Shown piece by piece: positions 45,727-54,135 of a stretch of 64,000 nt of DNA. The position numbers were made by a program, and so were the translations under genes. Every line of letters starts with the position of its first letter. Position 1 is the first letter of the stretch. The notes under the pieces were generated by a model. The model searched no databases, was not told the DNA's origin, and saw nothing but the letters and a program-made list of their open reading frames with translations. The DNA is taken from sequence record NC_047995.1; one strand, written 5' to 3'.

Positions 45727-46937
45727 CCGAAGCTGAATTGAGTATCGACTACACCGTGAACGCAGCAAAAACTATCTTTGCCAACGGCACTGTGGAACAA
45801 CGTGATGCGTTACGCACCATCGCCAACACTGTGCTGTCCGGCAAGGCTGCATTCGAATACGAAGAATGTGCGCTCGACACGGAAGCAACGTACCGTGTTC
45901 TGGAAGAAATCCAATTCTCTGGTGATGGCAGGCAGATGCTACCGTCAGATGAAATCGTATCTCTCGATAGCATTCTGCATAAGAAGTGGCGCGAAGCCTT
46001 CTTCGTTGCAGTTAAGAACATGGCACTGACCATGCACTGCACGGACCCAGCTACTGCTGGTCAAGGCTACTGGCCGAAAGACCATCACAAGTGCGGTCTG
46101 CTTGTGCATCGCGCTTTCCTGTGGATGGTTTCATCGCACGGTCTCCTCAGTCTGCTGTCAGAGAAGGCCGCGCATAAAGTAAGTCACACGCGTCTGCCTC
46201 AATTCATCGTAGCGTTTCAGGTAGCAGGCAAAGACGAAGGTCACGCTCGTCATTACACGATGTACCATCCAGAAGAAGATGCTGGTACTATCAATGTAAG
46301 CAACATTCTGCCTGACAGCTACAAAGAGCAACTGATTGCTGAGTCTCGGGCGAACCGTCCTGAGGAGTATTATTCCGTACCGCACCTGTCGTTCGACGAT
46401 TTGATTGAACTGTGTGAACGTCTGAACGTCATTGGACCTAACTCCGCATCAACCTCCAAATGCAATTGTGAGATTGACGACGATTGTGATTGCGACGAAG
46501 ACGACGATGAAGTTATGACCCGCGCCGACTTCGACCCTGACGAGATTGGCGATCTGCGTGATCACTTCTGGCAGAAGTTCGGCTACCCTGACGATGAACC
46601 TGATATGCCTGACGAAGATATCTGGATTCCGGGCGTGTCCCAAATGGAAGTGCAAGTCGATCTGCCTACCGTGCGTCTGGAAACGCAAAATCAAATCGCA
46701 CCTCGTTCAGGCGGGAAGATGAAGTCCCGTGCCCAGAGACCTATGAGCAAGCGCCAGATGATTCTGCTATCTCCTGCTCAACAAATCTGGCATGAGCTGG
46801 ACAATGAGAAAGAGTTCGGTGATCGTAGCTTCGCTATCACTCTCGTTTCTCGCTCGACCTGTGGCGTTAGTCGCGCAGTCGCTACTACCCGTGAAGCGCT
46901 CGCAATTGCTACCGCACTGATGGACGTAAGCAAATAA
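45723..46937 (+). CDS. Hypothetical protein with acidic Cys-rich patch
   Basis: 404 aa; KCNCEIDDDCDCDEDDD segment. Confidence 0.75.
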   Translation: MTEAELSIDYTVNAAKTIFANGTVEQRDALRTIANTVLSGKAAFEYEECALDTEATYRVLEEIQFSGDGRQMLPSDEIVSLDSILHKKWREAFFVAVKNMALTMHCTDPATAGQGYWPKDHHKCGLLVHRAFLWMVSSHGLLSLLSEKAAHKVSHTRLPQFIVAFQVAGKDEGHARHYTMYHPEEDAGTINVSNILPDSYKEQLIAESRANRPEEYYSVPHLSFDDLIELCERLNVIGPNSASTSKCNCEIDDDCDCDEDDDEVMTRADFDPDEIGDLRDHFWQKFGYPDDEPDMPDEDIWIPGVSQMEVQVDLPTVRLETQNQIAPRSGGKMKSRAQRPMSKRQMILLSPAQQIWHELDNEKEFGDRSFAITLVSRSTCGVSRAVATTREALAIATALMDVSK

Positions 46938-46982
46938 CTGGTCAGAATAGCGCTTCTTCGTGAGGCGCTTCTATGATATAAT
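46930..46982 (+). promoter_or_regulatory. Early promoter class A, copy 6
   Basis: GCAAATAACTGGTCAGAAT-5-TTCTTC-17-TATAAT. Confidence 0.75.
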
Positions 46983-47050
46983 CATAGATAGAGCAATGTC
47001 GCTCTCAACGTTGTATCAACCATACGTTTAAACACGGGAACTGTCATAAT

Positions 47051-47353
47051 ATGTCACGCACTATTTCACGCAAGAAAGCACTCGACCTGATGGCCAAAAC
47101 TTACAACGCCAAGCATCCTGAATATCTGCCGCGTCTGATGGCCGAAGATATGGATTCAACGAACCTGTTTGAGTTCCGCGAAATGGTTGTTGAAAAGATT
47201 CGTGCTGGCGAAGACCCAGCGAAGGTAGTTGACGATATGATCGACACTGCTATTCGTGTGACTCTGGTTCGCCGTCGCACCAGTAACGATTACAACCCGA
47301 AAATCTCTGATGTACTGACCAATGAAATGCGTGACCTGCTTCGTAACCTATAA
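47051..47353 (+). CDS. Hypothetical early protein
   Basis: 100 aa, first gene after promoter. Confidence 0.7.
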   Translation: MSRTISRKKALDLMAKTYNAKHPEYLPRLMAEDMDSTNLFEFREMVVEKIRAGEDPAKVVDDMIDTAIRVTLVRRRTSNDYNPKISDVLTNEMRDLLRNL

Positions 47354-47361
47354 GGAATAAA

Positions 47362-47913
47362 ATGAAAAGCTACGGTTACTTCTACATGATGAACCACATC
47401 GCAATGGCCGTAGACGCACCCAACAAGGACGTTGGGTTTAAAGCTCTGGTCGAACTGGACATGTTCAACCGCGCGTCTATCTTCACTCGCCCTGATGCCG
47501 AGCCTCGTGCTGCTCAACTCGTCAAAGACCTGACGGCATCGCTCTACCCTGTCGGTGATTCGCACCCGACCATCGAACAACGCATGATGCTTGTTCAAGC
47601 TCTGCATGACCAAGAGCTGGAAAAGATTGTAGGTACGATTCGTTTCTTCGTGCCGTTCGCATACACGAAAGAAGTGTTGTGCGACACGTTCGGCTTTTTC
47701 GACAACGGCGATACGTTAAGCATTCCGTATTTCCTGCGTCACCACTTCATGGAAGACCAAGCCGTCTTCTGCGAAGGCAAACTGACCAGCTTCGCGTATT
47801 CATGCTCGCATGGCGAAGTGTCGCAGACTGCTCGACAGTACGGTCTGTTCCCTGCATACGCTTACGGTAAGAATGACATACCTGAGCAATTCAAGCATCT
47901 GCCTCTGTTTTAG
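47362..47913 (+). CDS. Hypothetical protein
   Basis: AAGGA RBS, 183 aa. Confidence 0.7.
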   Translation: MKSYGYFYMMNHIAMAVDAPNKDVGFKALVELDMFNRASIFTRPDAEPRAAQLVKDLTASLYPVGDSHPTIEQRMMLVQALHDQELEKIVGTIRFFVPFAYTKEVLCDTFGFFDNGDTLSIPYFLRHHFMEDQAVFCEGKLTSFAYSCSHGEVSQTARQYGLFPAYAYGKNDIPEQFKHLPLF

Positions 47914-47922
47914 GAGCTTCTC

Positions 47923-48384
47923 ATGGGAGTAGTTAAAGGCATAACCGCTACCACGTTCCCTTCGAGGGGACGTGACGAGGGCCAGAAGATTGCTCTCAAA
48001 ACTCGCTGGGGTATCTTCCCAGCAACTATCGTGCGTCAAGACAACGATCATCCCTTCAATGAAGTCTGGAAGATTGACGCAAAGAATCTTCCTCGTCGTT
48101 ACTTCGCCTCGACTGATGACCTGTACGTGTCTCGTCAGTATGTGGACGACTTTCAGAAGCGCTCTCCTATCTGCGCTAAAGGCGAAGACGAAGGTCAGTT
48201 CGTTGATGTTGTGTTCGACCACGACACGCAGAATAAATGCGAAGGCGTTGTTATGACGCATCGTGACTTGCTCGTGGTGATTCTGCTAACGACAGGCCCT
48301 CATGAAGGACGCTACGTTACCAGCACTGAATGTCAGTACGCTACGAAGCCGCGTAAGGTTAAGGAGCTGATTGATGAAGACTGA
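47923..48384 (+). CDS. Hypothetical protein
   Basis: AGGAG RBS, 153 aa. Confidence 0.7.
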   Translation: MGVVKGITATTFPSRGRDEGQKIALKTRWGIFPATIVRQDNDHPFNEVWKIDAKNLPRRYFASTDDLYVSRQYVDDFQKRSPICAKGEDEGQFVDVVFDHDTQNKCEGVVMTHRDLLVVILLTTGPHEGRYVTSTECQYATKPRKVKELIDED

Positions 48385-48655
48385 TAAAGGTAATTTCCTT
48401 GAGCGCTTGAAGTCAGGCGAAACTTTTTACATGAACGTTAGTGGTAAGAAGAAAGGCCAACCGCGTCAAGGTGTTTCGCTTGGTCATGACGCTCACTACA
48501 AAGACCTGATGATGGCTGTCGGTGGCGTTGCGTTCACGCACGGTTATAAGAACGTTCAGGTATCATTCAGCCGCAACATCATGGCAGACGCTGACGGTGT
48601 TGTGGTATTTCGTGTTAAACAATCAATCACTGTTAAAGAAGAAAGGACGTACTAA
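48374..48655 (+). CDS. Hypothetical protein
   Basis: AAGGAG RBS, 93 aa. Confidence 0.7.
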   Translation: MKTDKGNFLERLKSGETFYMNVSGKKKGQPRQGVSLGHDAHYKDLMMAVGGVAFTHGYKNVQVSFSRNIMADADGVVVFRVKQSITVKEERTY

Positions 48656-49191
48656 TGCAATTCTTAATCAAGCCAGAAGATCGTTTCCCTAACTTCATTC
48701 CTCCAGCTCGCGCTACTGCGAAAGCTGCTGGCTTCGACCTGTTCGCTCAGGAAGATATGATCATCACGGGCGACACTGTGCTGTTCGATCTGGGCTTCCG
48801 CACCAAAGTGCCGAAAGACCACGTTGCTATCATCTTCCCTCGTAGCGGTCTGGGTGCTAAGTTCCAGGCGCAGTTGTCGAATACAAACGGCATCATCGAC
48901 GAAGACTACACGGGCATCTGGATGGCTGCTCTGCATCTCGGCGGTAAAGGCACTCAGGTGCAGCAACTCGATTGGTTGAGCGCTGCCTACGAGCAATCAA
49001 GCCACAAAGAAATTCCTGACATTGATGACGATGAAGATCAGAAAGCGTTGTTGATCAAACGTGGCGAAGCGTTCGCACAAGTGCTGTTCTTCCCTGTGCC
49101 TGACGTTGAAGTCGTTATCACGCACGAAGAACTGCCTGAAACTGAACGCGGCGAGGGTGGCTTCGGTCATACCACACCGACACGTGGCTAA
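48655..49191 (+). CDS. dut: Trimeric dUTPase with ~30-aa insertion
   Basis: AAGFDL, PRSG, GIIDEDYTG, RGEAFAQ, RGEGGFGHT. Confidence 0.93.
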   Translation: MQFLIKPEDRFPNFIPPARATAKAAGFDLFAQEDMIITGDTVLFDLGFRTKVPKDHVAIIFPRSGLGAKFQAQLSNTNGIIDEDYTGIWMAALHLGGKGTQVQQLDWLSAAYEQSSHKEIPDIDDDEDQKALLIKRGEAFAQVLFFPVPDVEVVITHEELPETERGEGGFGHTTPTRG

Positions 49192-49402
49192 CGTCTTCCT
49201 CATTCTGTTCTGCGCCTACTACGCTGTAGGCGTAATCGTCCTCATCCGTGACCTGAACAACTTCTCCGAAGATTCGGAAATGGTTAAGCGGTTCACGGAG
49301 GAACTCAAGTGCAAGTCTGATATAGCGCTTGCATGGGACGCACTCAAGGCATCACTGTTCTTGGTATTCATTCACATTCCGTGCTGGATACTCCGCGTAT
49401 AG
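49184..49402 (+). CDS. Small membrane protein
   Basis: Probable GTG start; hydrophobic termini. Confidence 0.5.
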   Translation: MANVFLILFCAYYAVGVIVLIRDLNNFSEDSEMVKRFTEELKCKSDIALAWDALKASLFLVFIHIPCWILRV

Positions 49403-49460
49403 TGATATCGTTCACACGAGGGGCCTTACGTGGGCTCCTCATTATCGTAATATAAATGCT

Positions 49461-49775
49461 ATGGGAAAGAAAACTTATCTGCTACCAAGCGAACGCCCTA
49501 GCCCTCTGCCGAACTTACGTGCCTACCTCGCGTATCTCGCCCGGAAGCCTAATGCTAACCGCGACGTGCTAGAAACGTACTGCAATCAGAGTTTGGCTCA
49601 GATGCGCCGCGAACGGTTCTTTGTCGGTAAGCTCTTTGCCTATAAAGTGTATACGAAAACGAACAAGCTCGCATACACGGTTGTCTGGATTGACCCTTAC
49701 AACTATGACTGCCTTGTTCTCAACCACCAAAGGAGATGTGTAGAGTTTAAAAACTTATACGGCCTGCTATTATAG
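49461..49775 (+). CDS. Basic hypothetical protein
   Basis: Track ORF 49329-49775; start refined. Confidence 0.5.
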   Translation: MGKKTYLLPSERPSPLPNLRAYLAYLARKPNANRDVLETYCNQSLAQMRRERFFVGKLFAYKVYTKTNKLAYTVVWIDPYNYDCLVLNHQRRCVEFKNLYGLLL

Positions 49776-49849
49776 TTGGGTCCTAGCGCCTTCACACTAG
49801 GGGAATTATTCCGATGATAACTGTTATTAACAATCGTACCGACGAGGTA

Positions 49850-50494
49850 ATGAAACGCCTGAACGTAGCTGTATGGGTTTGTGTTGCTCTTGCTTTCGCT
49901 GTCTTAATAGCGCTACGCATTACGCCTGCAATCGCCAGTATGTCTACAGGCCCTGACAACGCCATTGATGTATCTTCCGCCGTGTCACTCGATCCCTCCA
50001 ATCGCGTGGCAAACAAATACAAGGAGATAGAAAAGGCAGTAGCAGTCAAAGAAGAACGAAGGCAAAAACGCTCGGTAACCAAAGAGCGCCTCCGACAACT
50101 CTATGCGCACTTGCCTCACCCGACAGACTTAGGCAAGCAGATTGATTTGGCCGCAGAGAAGTATAGTGTAGACGCGAAATTGCTTCTCTCTATCTGCGTC
50201 TCCGAGTCGCATCTTCGTGCAAAGGTTAGGAACAAGTCTGGAGCTACAGGTCTGTGTCAAATCATGCCTGATATGCACGGACGTTCTGTGCGGGAACTTA
50301 TGGACTACCGAGTCAATCTTGATCAGGCAGCCCAGATTGTTGCGTTACTAAACAAGCAGTGTAAGGGACGACGCGCCTGCGTCATTCAAAGTTACAACAC
50401 TGGTTGGGGAGCATATTTGAAGGGGGTACGTGCCCCGCAATATTTAGCGAAAGTTCAGACAGAGTATCGCCGCAAGCATACTCCTTCTTCCTAA
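49850..50494 (+). CDS. Lytic transglycosylase (SLT domain) with N-terminal TM/signal segment
   Basis: LL.SI..SES catalytic Glu, SGATGLCQIMP, YNTG. Confidence 0.85.
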   Translation: MKRLNVAVWVCVALAFAVLIALRITPAIASMSTGPDNAIDVSSAVSLDPSNRVANKYKEIEKAVAVKEERRQKRSVTKERLRQLYAHLPHPTDLGKQIDLAAEKYSVDAKLLLSICVSESHLRAKVRNKSGATGLCQIMPDMHGRSVRELMDYRVNLDQAAQIVALLNKQCKGRRACVIQSYNTGWGAYLKGVRAPQYLAKVQTEYRRKHTPSS

Positions 50495-50508
50495 TAGAGG
50501 ATATAATA

Positions 50509-51192
50509 ATGAGCATCAATATCACCACACTGTACAAAATGCAATTCCAGTTGTTGAAGCCACTGTCTCCGCGTCAGGAGTATGCGCTCGTCGTGCTATT
50601 CAAAGATGACCTGTGTGATGGTGACGTTGCAGCACTGGCAGAACTGATCGTCCGCGACTATCCGCATGTGGCTCGTCTGTATGACGCGTTCGCTGCGGCC
50701 AATCAATACGAAAACGCTGTACCGTTCATCGTACCTGTGCTGAACTCAGAAGAAGTGACCGAAGAGATCTTCTGCCTGATTGACCACGCACTCGTCGTTG
50801 CTCCTGAACTGCGCCAGCTTCTGAATCAGGCTCTGCATAATGTGATTATTATGCGTGAGACTCCTGAAGAATTGCTTTTCCGTGAAGGCGCCGAGCTTCT
50901 TCTGTGTGAAGATGCAATGTCCCACCTTCTCGGACAGTTTGTTGACTGTATGCTCGACGCATATAACTGCGGTGTGTTACCGATGGTCGTGCGTCCTACG
51001 AAAGAACAGCAAGCTATGCGTAATGAACGCCTGCTGTCATTCGAGATGTTACGTGACGGCAACATGTTCTCTGGGAATCTGGACTTCGCTAATGCCCTAC
51101 AGCCAAGTGAACGCGCTCGAATCATTGCTCAACAGTTGTTGATTCGCATTCGCCACAACGCGGCTAAAGGCTTCAATGCAGTAGCACAATAA
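50509..51192 (+). CDS. Hypothetical protein
   Basis: GAGGA RBS before ATG 50509. Confidence 0.7.
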   Translation: MSINITTLYKMQFQLLKPLSPRQEYALVVLFKDDLCDGDVAALAELIVRDYPHVARLYDAFAAANQYENAVPFIVPVLNSEEVTEEIFCLIDHALVVAPELRQLLNQALHNVIIMRETPEELLFREGAELLLCEDAMSHLLGQFVDCMLDAYNCGVLPMVVRPTKEQQAMRNERLLSFEMLRDGNMFSGNLDFANALQPSERARIIAQQLLIRIRHNAAKGFNAVAQ

Positions 51193-51197
51193 AACTC

Positions 51198-51228
51198 AAC
51201 GGGAGACCTTAACTGGTTTCCCGTTTTT
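51198..51228 (+). terminator. Rho-independent terminator
   Basis: AACGGGAGACC-TTAACT-GGTTTCCCGTT-TTT. Confidence 0.8.
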
Positions 51229-51259
51229 CATTTCTGCGCAAATTTTAAGGACTACACAA

Positions 51260-52201
51260 ATGACTAAAATGGTTGCACTGCCTTTCGCTTCTTCTGAACA
51301 ACGCAATCGCTTCTTCGATCAACGCGTAGGTGACCTCAAACTTAACGCCGTCTGGAACTACGTTGTATCAAACAACAATCCGAACTGGAAAGGCGATCCT
51401 CTGCTGCACCACATGCACTACCATTCGACCGAGCATATGAAGCAGGTAACTGCTCTGGCTCTCTGGTTGCTGGATAAAGAAGCACAACAGCCGTGGCAAT
51501 ACGATACTGGAGCCTTGCCTCTTGCTGTGGCCTGTATGTTCCACGACATGGACCACTCACTTGGTCGCCTCAACGATGAAAGTAATATTCGTCTGGCGCA
51601 AGAGGCTTTCAAGAAGTATCTGACCGTGTGTGAAGATGAACGTATTAAAGATCACGAAGCAATCATCCTAGACCTGATTGACATTACGCGCTTCCCGTAC
51701 ATGAAGAACCGTCAGCCGAAGAATCTGATTGAGCGTTGCATTCGTGATGCGGACATTCTCTACGGCATGCAGGATGATGCACTGGACGTAGTGTTGTTCT
51801 CGTTGCGCCGCGAAGTAAATCGTAGTGTAAATGAAAACGTGTATTTCCAGGCAGACCAGTGGGCACAAGGCCGTGTTGACTTCATTCGCAGTGTTGAAAT
51901 TTACTGCCCGTCTGCTGACGCACTGATGGAATGGCTACTGGCGGAAGACAACGACCACAACCATCAAGATAAGATTGACGACTGGATGCGTCACGAAGTC
52001 AGTTTCCGAGACACGTCCGCGCATAAACTCAAAGCCAATGACGTGCTGTTCATCGACACGCAGGAAGACAGCACACCGAAGCGCCGTCTGATTGAACGTG
52101 TCGAAACAGTTCACCCGTATCTCAATATCTACTTTGATGGCGGTGAAGCTATCTCGCTACGTGATGGTGAGAGTTGTGTGGTTGTGGAACGTCGCAAATA
52201 A
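51260..52201 (+). CDS. HD-domain phosphohydrolase (class I PDE-like) with small C-terminal beta domain
   Basis: YHSTEH...V, ACMFHDMDH, IRDADI. Confidence 0.8.
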   Translation: MTKMVALPFASSEQRNRFFDQRVGDLKLNAVWNYVVSNNNPNWKGDPLLHHMHYHSTEHMKQVTALALWLLDKEAQQPWQYDTGALPLAVACMFHDMDHSLGRLNDESNIRLAQEAFKKYLTVCEDERIKDHEAIILDLIDITRFPYMKNRQPKNLIERCIRDADILYGMQDDALDVVLFSLRREVNRSVNENVYFQADQWAQGRVDFIRSVEIYCPSADALMEWLLAEDNDHNHQDKIDDWMRHEVSFRDTSAHKLKANDVLFIDTQEDSTPKRRLIERVETVHPYLNIYFDGGEAISLRDGESCVVVERRK

Positions 52202-52245
52202 TAGGCTGAAATAGGCATGTACTGACTAGGTGCCTGTGATATACT
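52194..52245 (+). promoter_or_regulatory. Early promoter class A, copy 7
   Basis: GCAAATAATAGGCTGAAAT-5-TGTACT-16-TATACT. Confidence 0.7.
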
Positions 52246-52277
52246 ACGCATAGGCACACATACTAGAGAGAACTCGA

Positions 52278-52970
52278 ATGATACACGTAAAGCGTCTGCC
52301 CCTGAGCGCCGACACCAATTTCTTTGCGATTAACGGAATCGTAATACCGATGGCATTCTACTACATGGACGTTACCATACACTCGGCAGAGCGTGGTGAC
52401 CGTGAGATAAAAATTGGTGTGCGTATGAATCCACATGTTGCCCGCGAGTCTTACCTGCGTGGGGTAGACTACAGAACGTATATCCCAGTGCTCGCTTGTC
52501 ATCCAGAGTCCGACGTTGAGTTTTATACGGAGCTGGGCTACATTGATGTTAACAGCCGATTCCTTGACATGCACCACCAGAAGCGTTCGCACTTGGCGTA
52601 TCTTGGTGTGCTGCCAGATGTTGCCGAGTCGGATGTGCGGGACTTACGGTATGTAACACCTATTGAGGTATATCAAAAGCAACTGCCTGTACGTTCGGCG
52701 CCTTTTGCCAAAGTCTATGGTGCTGTAATACGTACGGACTACCTGCGCACTTCCGCACTCAATAAAATTGATGATGAAATGTGGGAAGCGTTGCGTACCG
52801 TAGATTATCCTAAAGGTATCTCGTGGTCCCGTTTCTTAGATGAAGCAACGTCAGGCCGCTTCACGCCGCACTATGACCTGTCTAACTGCTTGGAGGCATT
52901 CGACCAAGAGTACATGCCTGAGCATATCTTTAAACGCATTCGTCTGGCCCAGCTCGACAAACGAGGTTAA
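52278..52970 (+). CDS. Hypothetical early protein
   Basis: 230 aa, first gene after promoter. Confidence 0.65.
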   Translation: MIHVKRLPLSADTNFFAINGIVIPMAFYYMDVTIHSAERGDREIKIGVRMNPHVARESYLRGVDYRTYIPVLACHPESDVEFYTELGYIDVNSRFLDMHHQKRSHLAYLGVLPDVAESDVRDLRYVTPIEVYQKQLPVRSAPFAKVYGAVIRTDYLRTSALNKIDDEMWEALRTVDYPKGISWSRFLDEATSGRFTPHYDLSNCLEAFDQEYMPEHIFKRIRLAQLDKRG

Positions 52971-52972
52971 TC

Positions 52973-53203
52973 ATGCTGCACGAAATGTATAAGGTAAGTG
53001 CTATCCTGTTCTACACGCTAGGCGCTATGGCTTTCCTTGCACATATCGTAGGCTTCATGAAGAACTGGATGAAAATTCAGGAGATGCGCCAGAAGGCAAA
53101 AGCGAAAGCCGCTAAGGTGCGCTCTCCTGTGCAGGACATTAAACGCCGTCTGCGTAAAGCAGAAGAACGCGCACGGCACCGCCCACGTAAATTGAGAGAC
53201 TAA
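52973..53203 (+). CDS. Small membrane-anchored basic protein
   Basis: GAGG RBS, one TM then Lys/Arg-rich tail. Confidence 0.65.
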   Translation: MLHEMYKVSAILFYTLGAMAFLAHIVGFMKNWMKIQEMRQKAKAKAAKVRSPVQDIKRRLRKAEERARHRPRKLRD

Positions 53204-53205
53204 TC

Positions 53206-53514
53206 ATGGCTGAATTAACACACGACGCTAAACTGGCAAACAAAGTACAACGTGCTTTGGAAATCTGCTGGGAAGAAACAACGAAGCGCAATGAAGGCGA
53301 ACATACCTATGCGTTCCTCGCGTCAGAGTTCGCTGCTAACGGTAAGAACCTGTTCGAAGGCGAACTGAAAATGCTGAACGTCATGCTGCGTGACGCCGTT
53401 AACATCAACATGTACGGCCGTTACGTTGCAACCATGTACACAGGTAACAAGGGCATCATGGTTGCGTTCCAGCCTGTTGCTGATCTGGAAGATATCATCG
53501 AAATGAGGTTCTAG
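53206..53514 (+). CDS. Hypothetical protein
   Basis: 102 aa. Confidence 0.7.
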   Translation: MAELTHDAKLANKVQRALEICWEETTKRNEGEHTYAFLASEFAANGKNLFEGELKMLNVMLRDAVNINMYGRYVATMYTGNKGIMVAFQPVADLEDIIEMRF

Positions 53515-53515
53515 C

Positions 53516-54094
53516 ATGAACCAGATTGATATGTTTGAAACGTATGGCGCTCATGAGATCTCTGACTACACTCAACTTGAGTATGAGCGTCTGTCAGGTG
53601 AGTACATAGCGAAATGTGACCGCAGAGTACATGCGGCCTTCGGTGACCCAATTCTTACGGCAGAGTTTCTGGAGAAATACCCGATGCTTGTGCCCGGCAA
53701 ATTGAAGTTTCGCAAGAAGCTGGTTATGGTCCAGGAGTTTGTGCTCGTTACACACGACAAGCTCAAGGCGAGCCTGCTCAAGAAACAGGGCAACGTTCGA
53801 CAGACGGGCAATATAGACCCGCAGTACCTGATCAACTTGTACAACCATACAGAGAAGGTAGCGTTGTTCGTCAGTGACTTCCGCGAGTTCATGGAGCAAC
53901 ACTTCATGAATGCCTTGCACCTGTTCACTGTCGCTACTGTGTATGATGGTCGCCTGTTGGTCTTCGCCGAAGATGGAGCACCTCTTGTTACTGCCGAAGA
54001 AACGCTTGCGATGCTGACTGAGATCGAGCACTTCATAAACAAGAGCAAGGTCTACCGCGTACTGGCAAGCAATCCTATCTATCGCACAATCTAA
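53516..54094 (+). CDS. Hypothetical protein
   Basis: GAGG RBS, 192 aa. Confidence 0.7.
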   Translation: MNQIDMFETYGAHEISDYTQLEYERLSGEYIAKCDRRVHAAFGDPILTAEFLEKYPMLVPGKLKFRKKLVMVQEFVLVTHDKLKASLLKKQGNVRQTGNIDPQYLINLYNHTEKVALFVSDFREFMEQHFMNALHLFTVATVYDGRLLVFAEDGAPLVTAEETLAMLTEIEHFINKSKVYRVLASNPIYRTI

Positions 54095-54135
54095 CTAAAC
54101 CTGAGCGCTTACGGGCGCTCTACTGGAGAAACATT

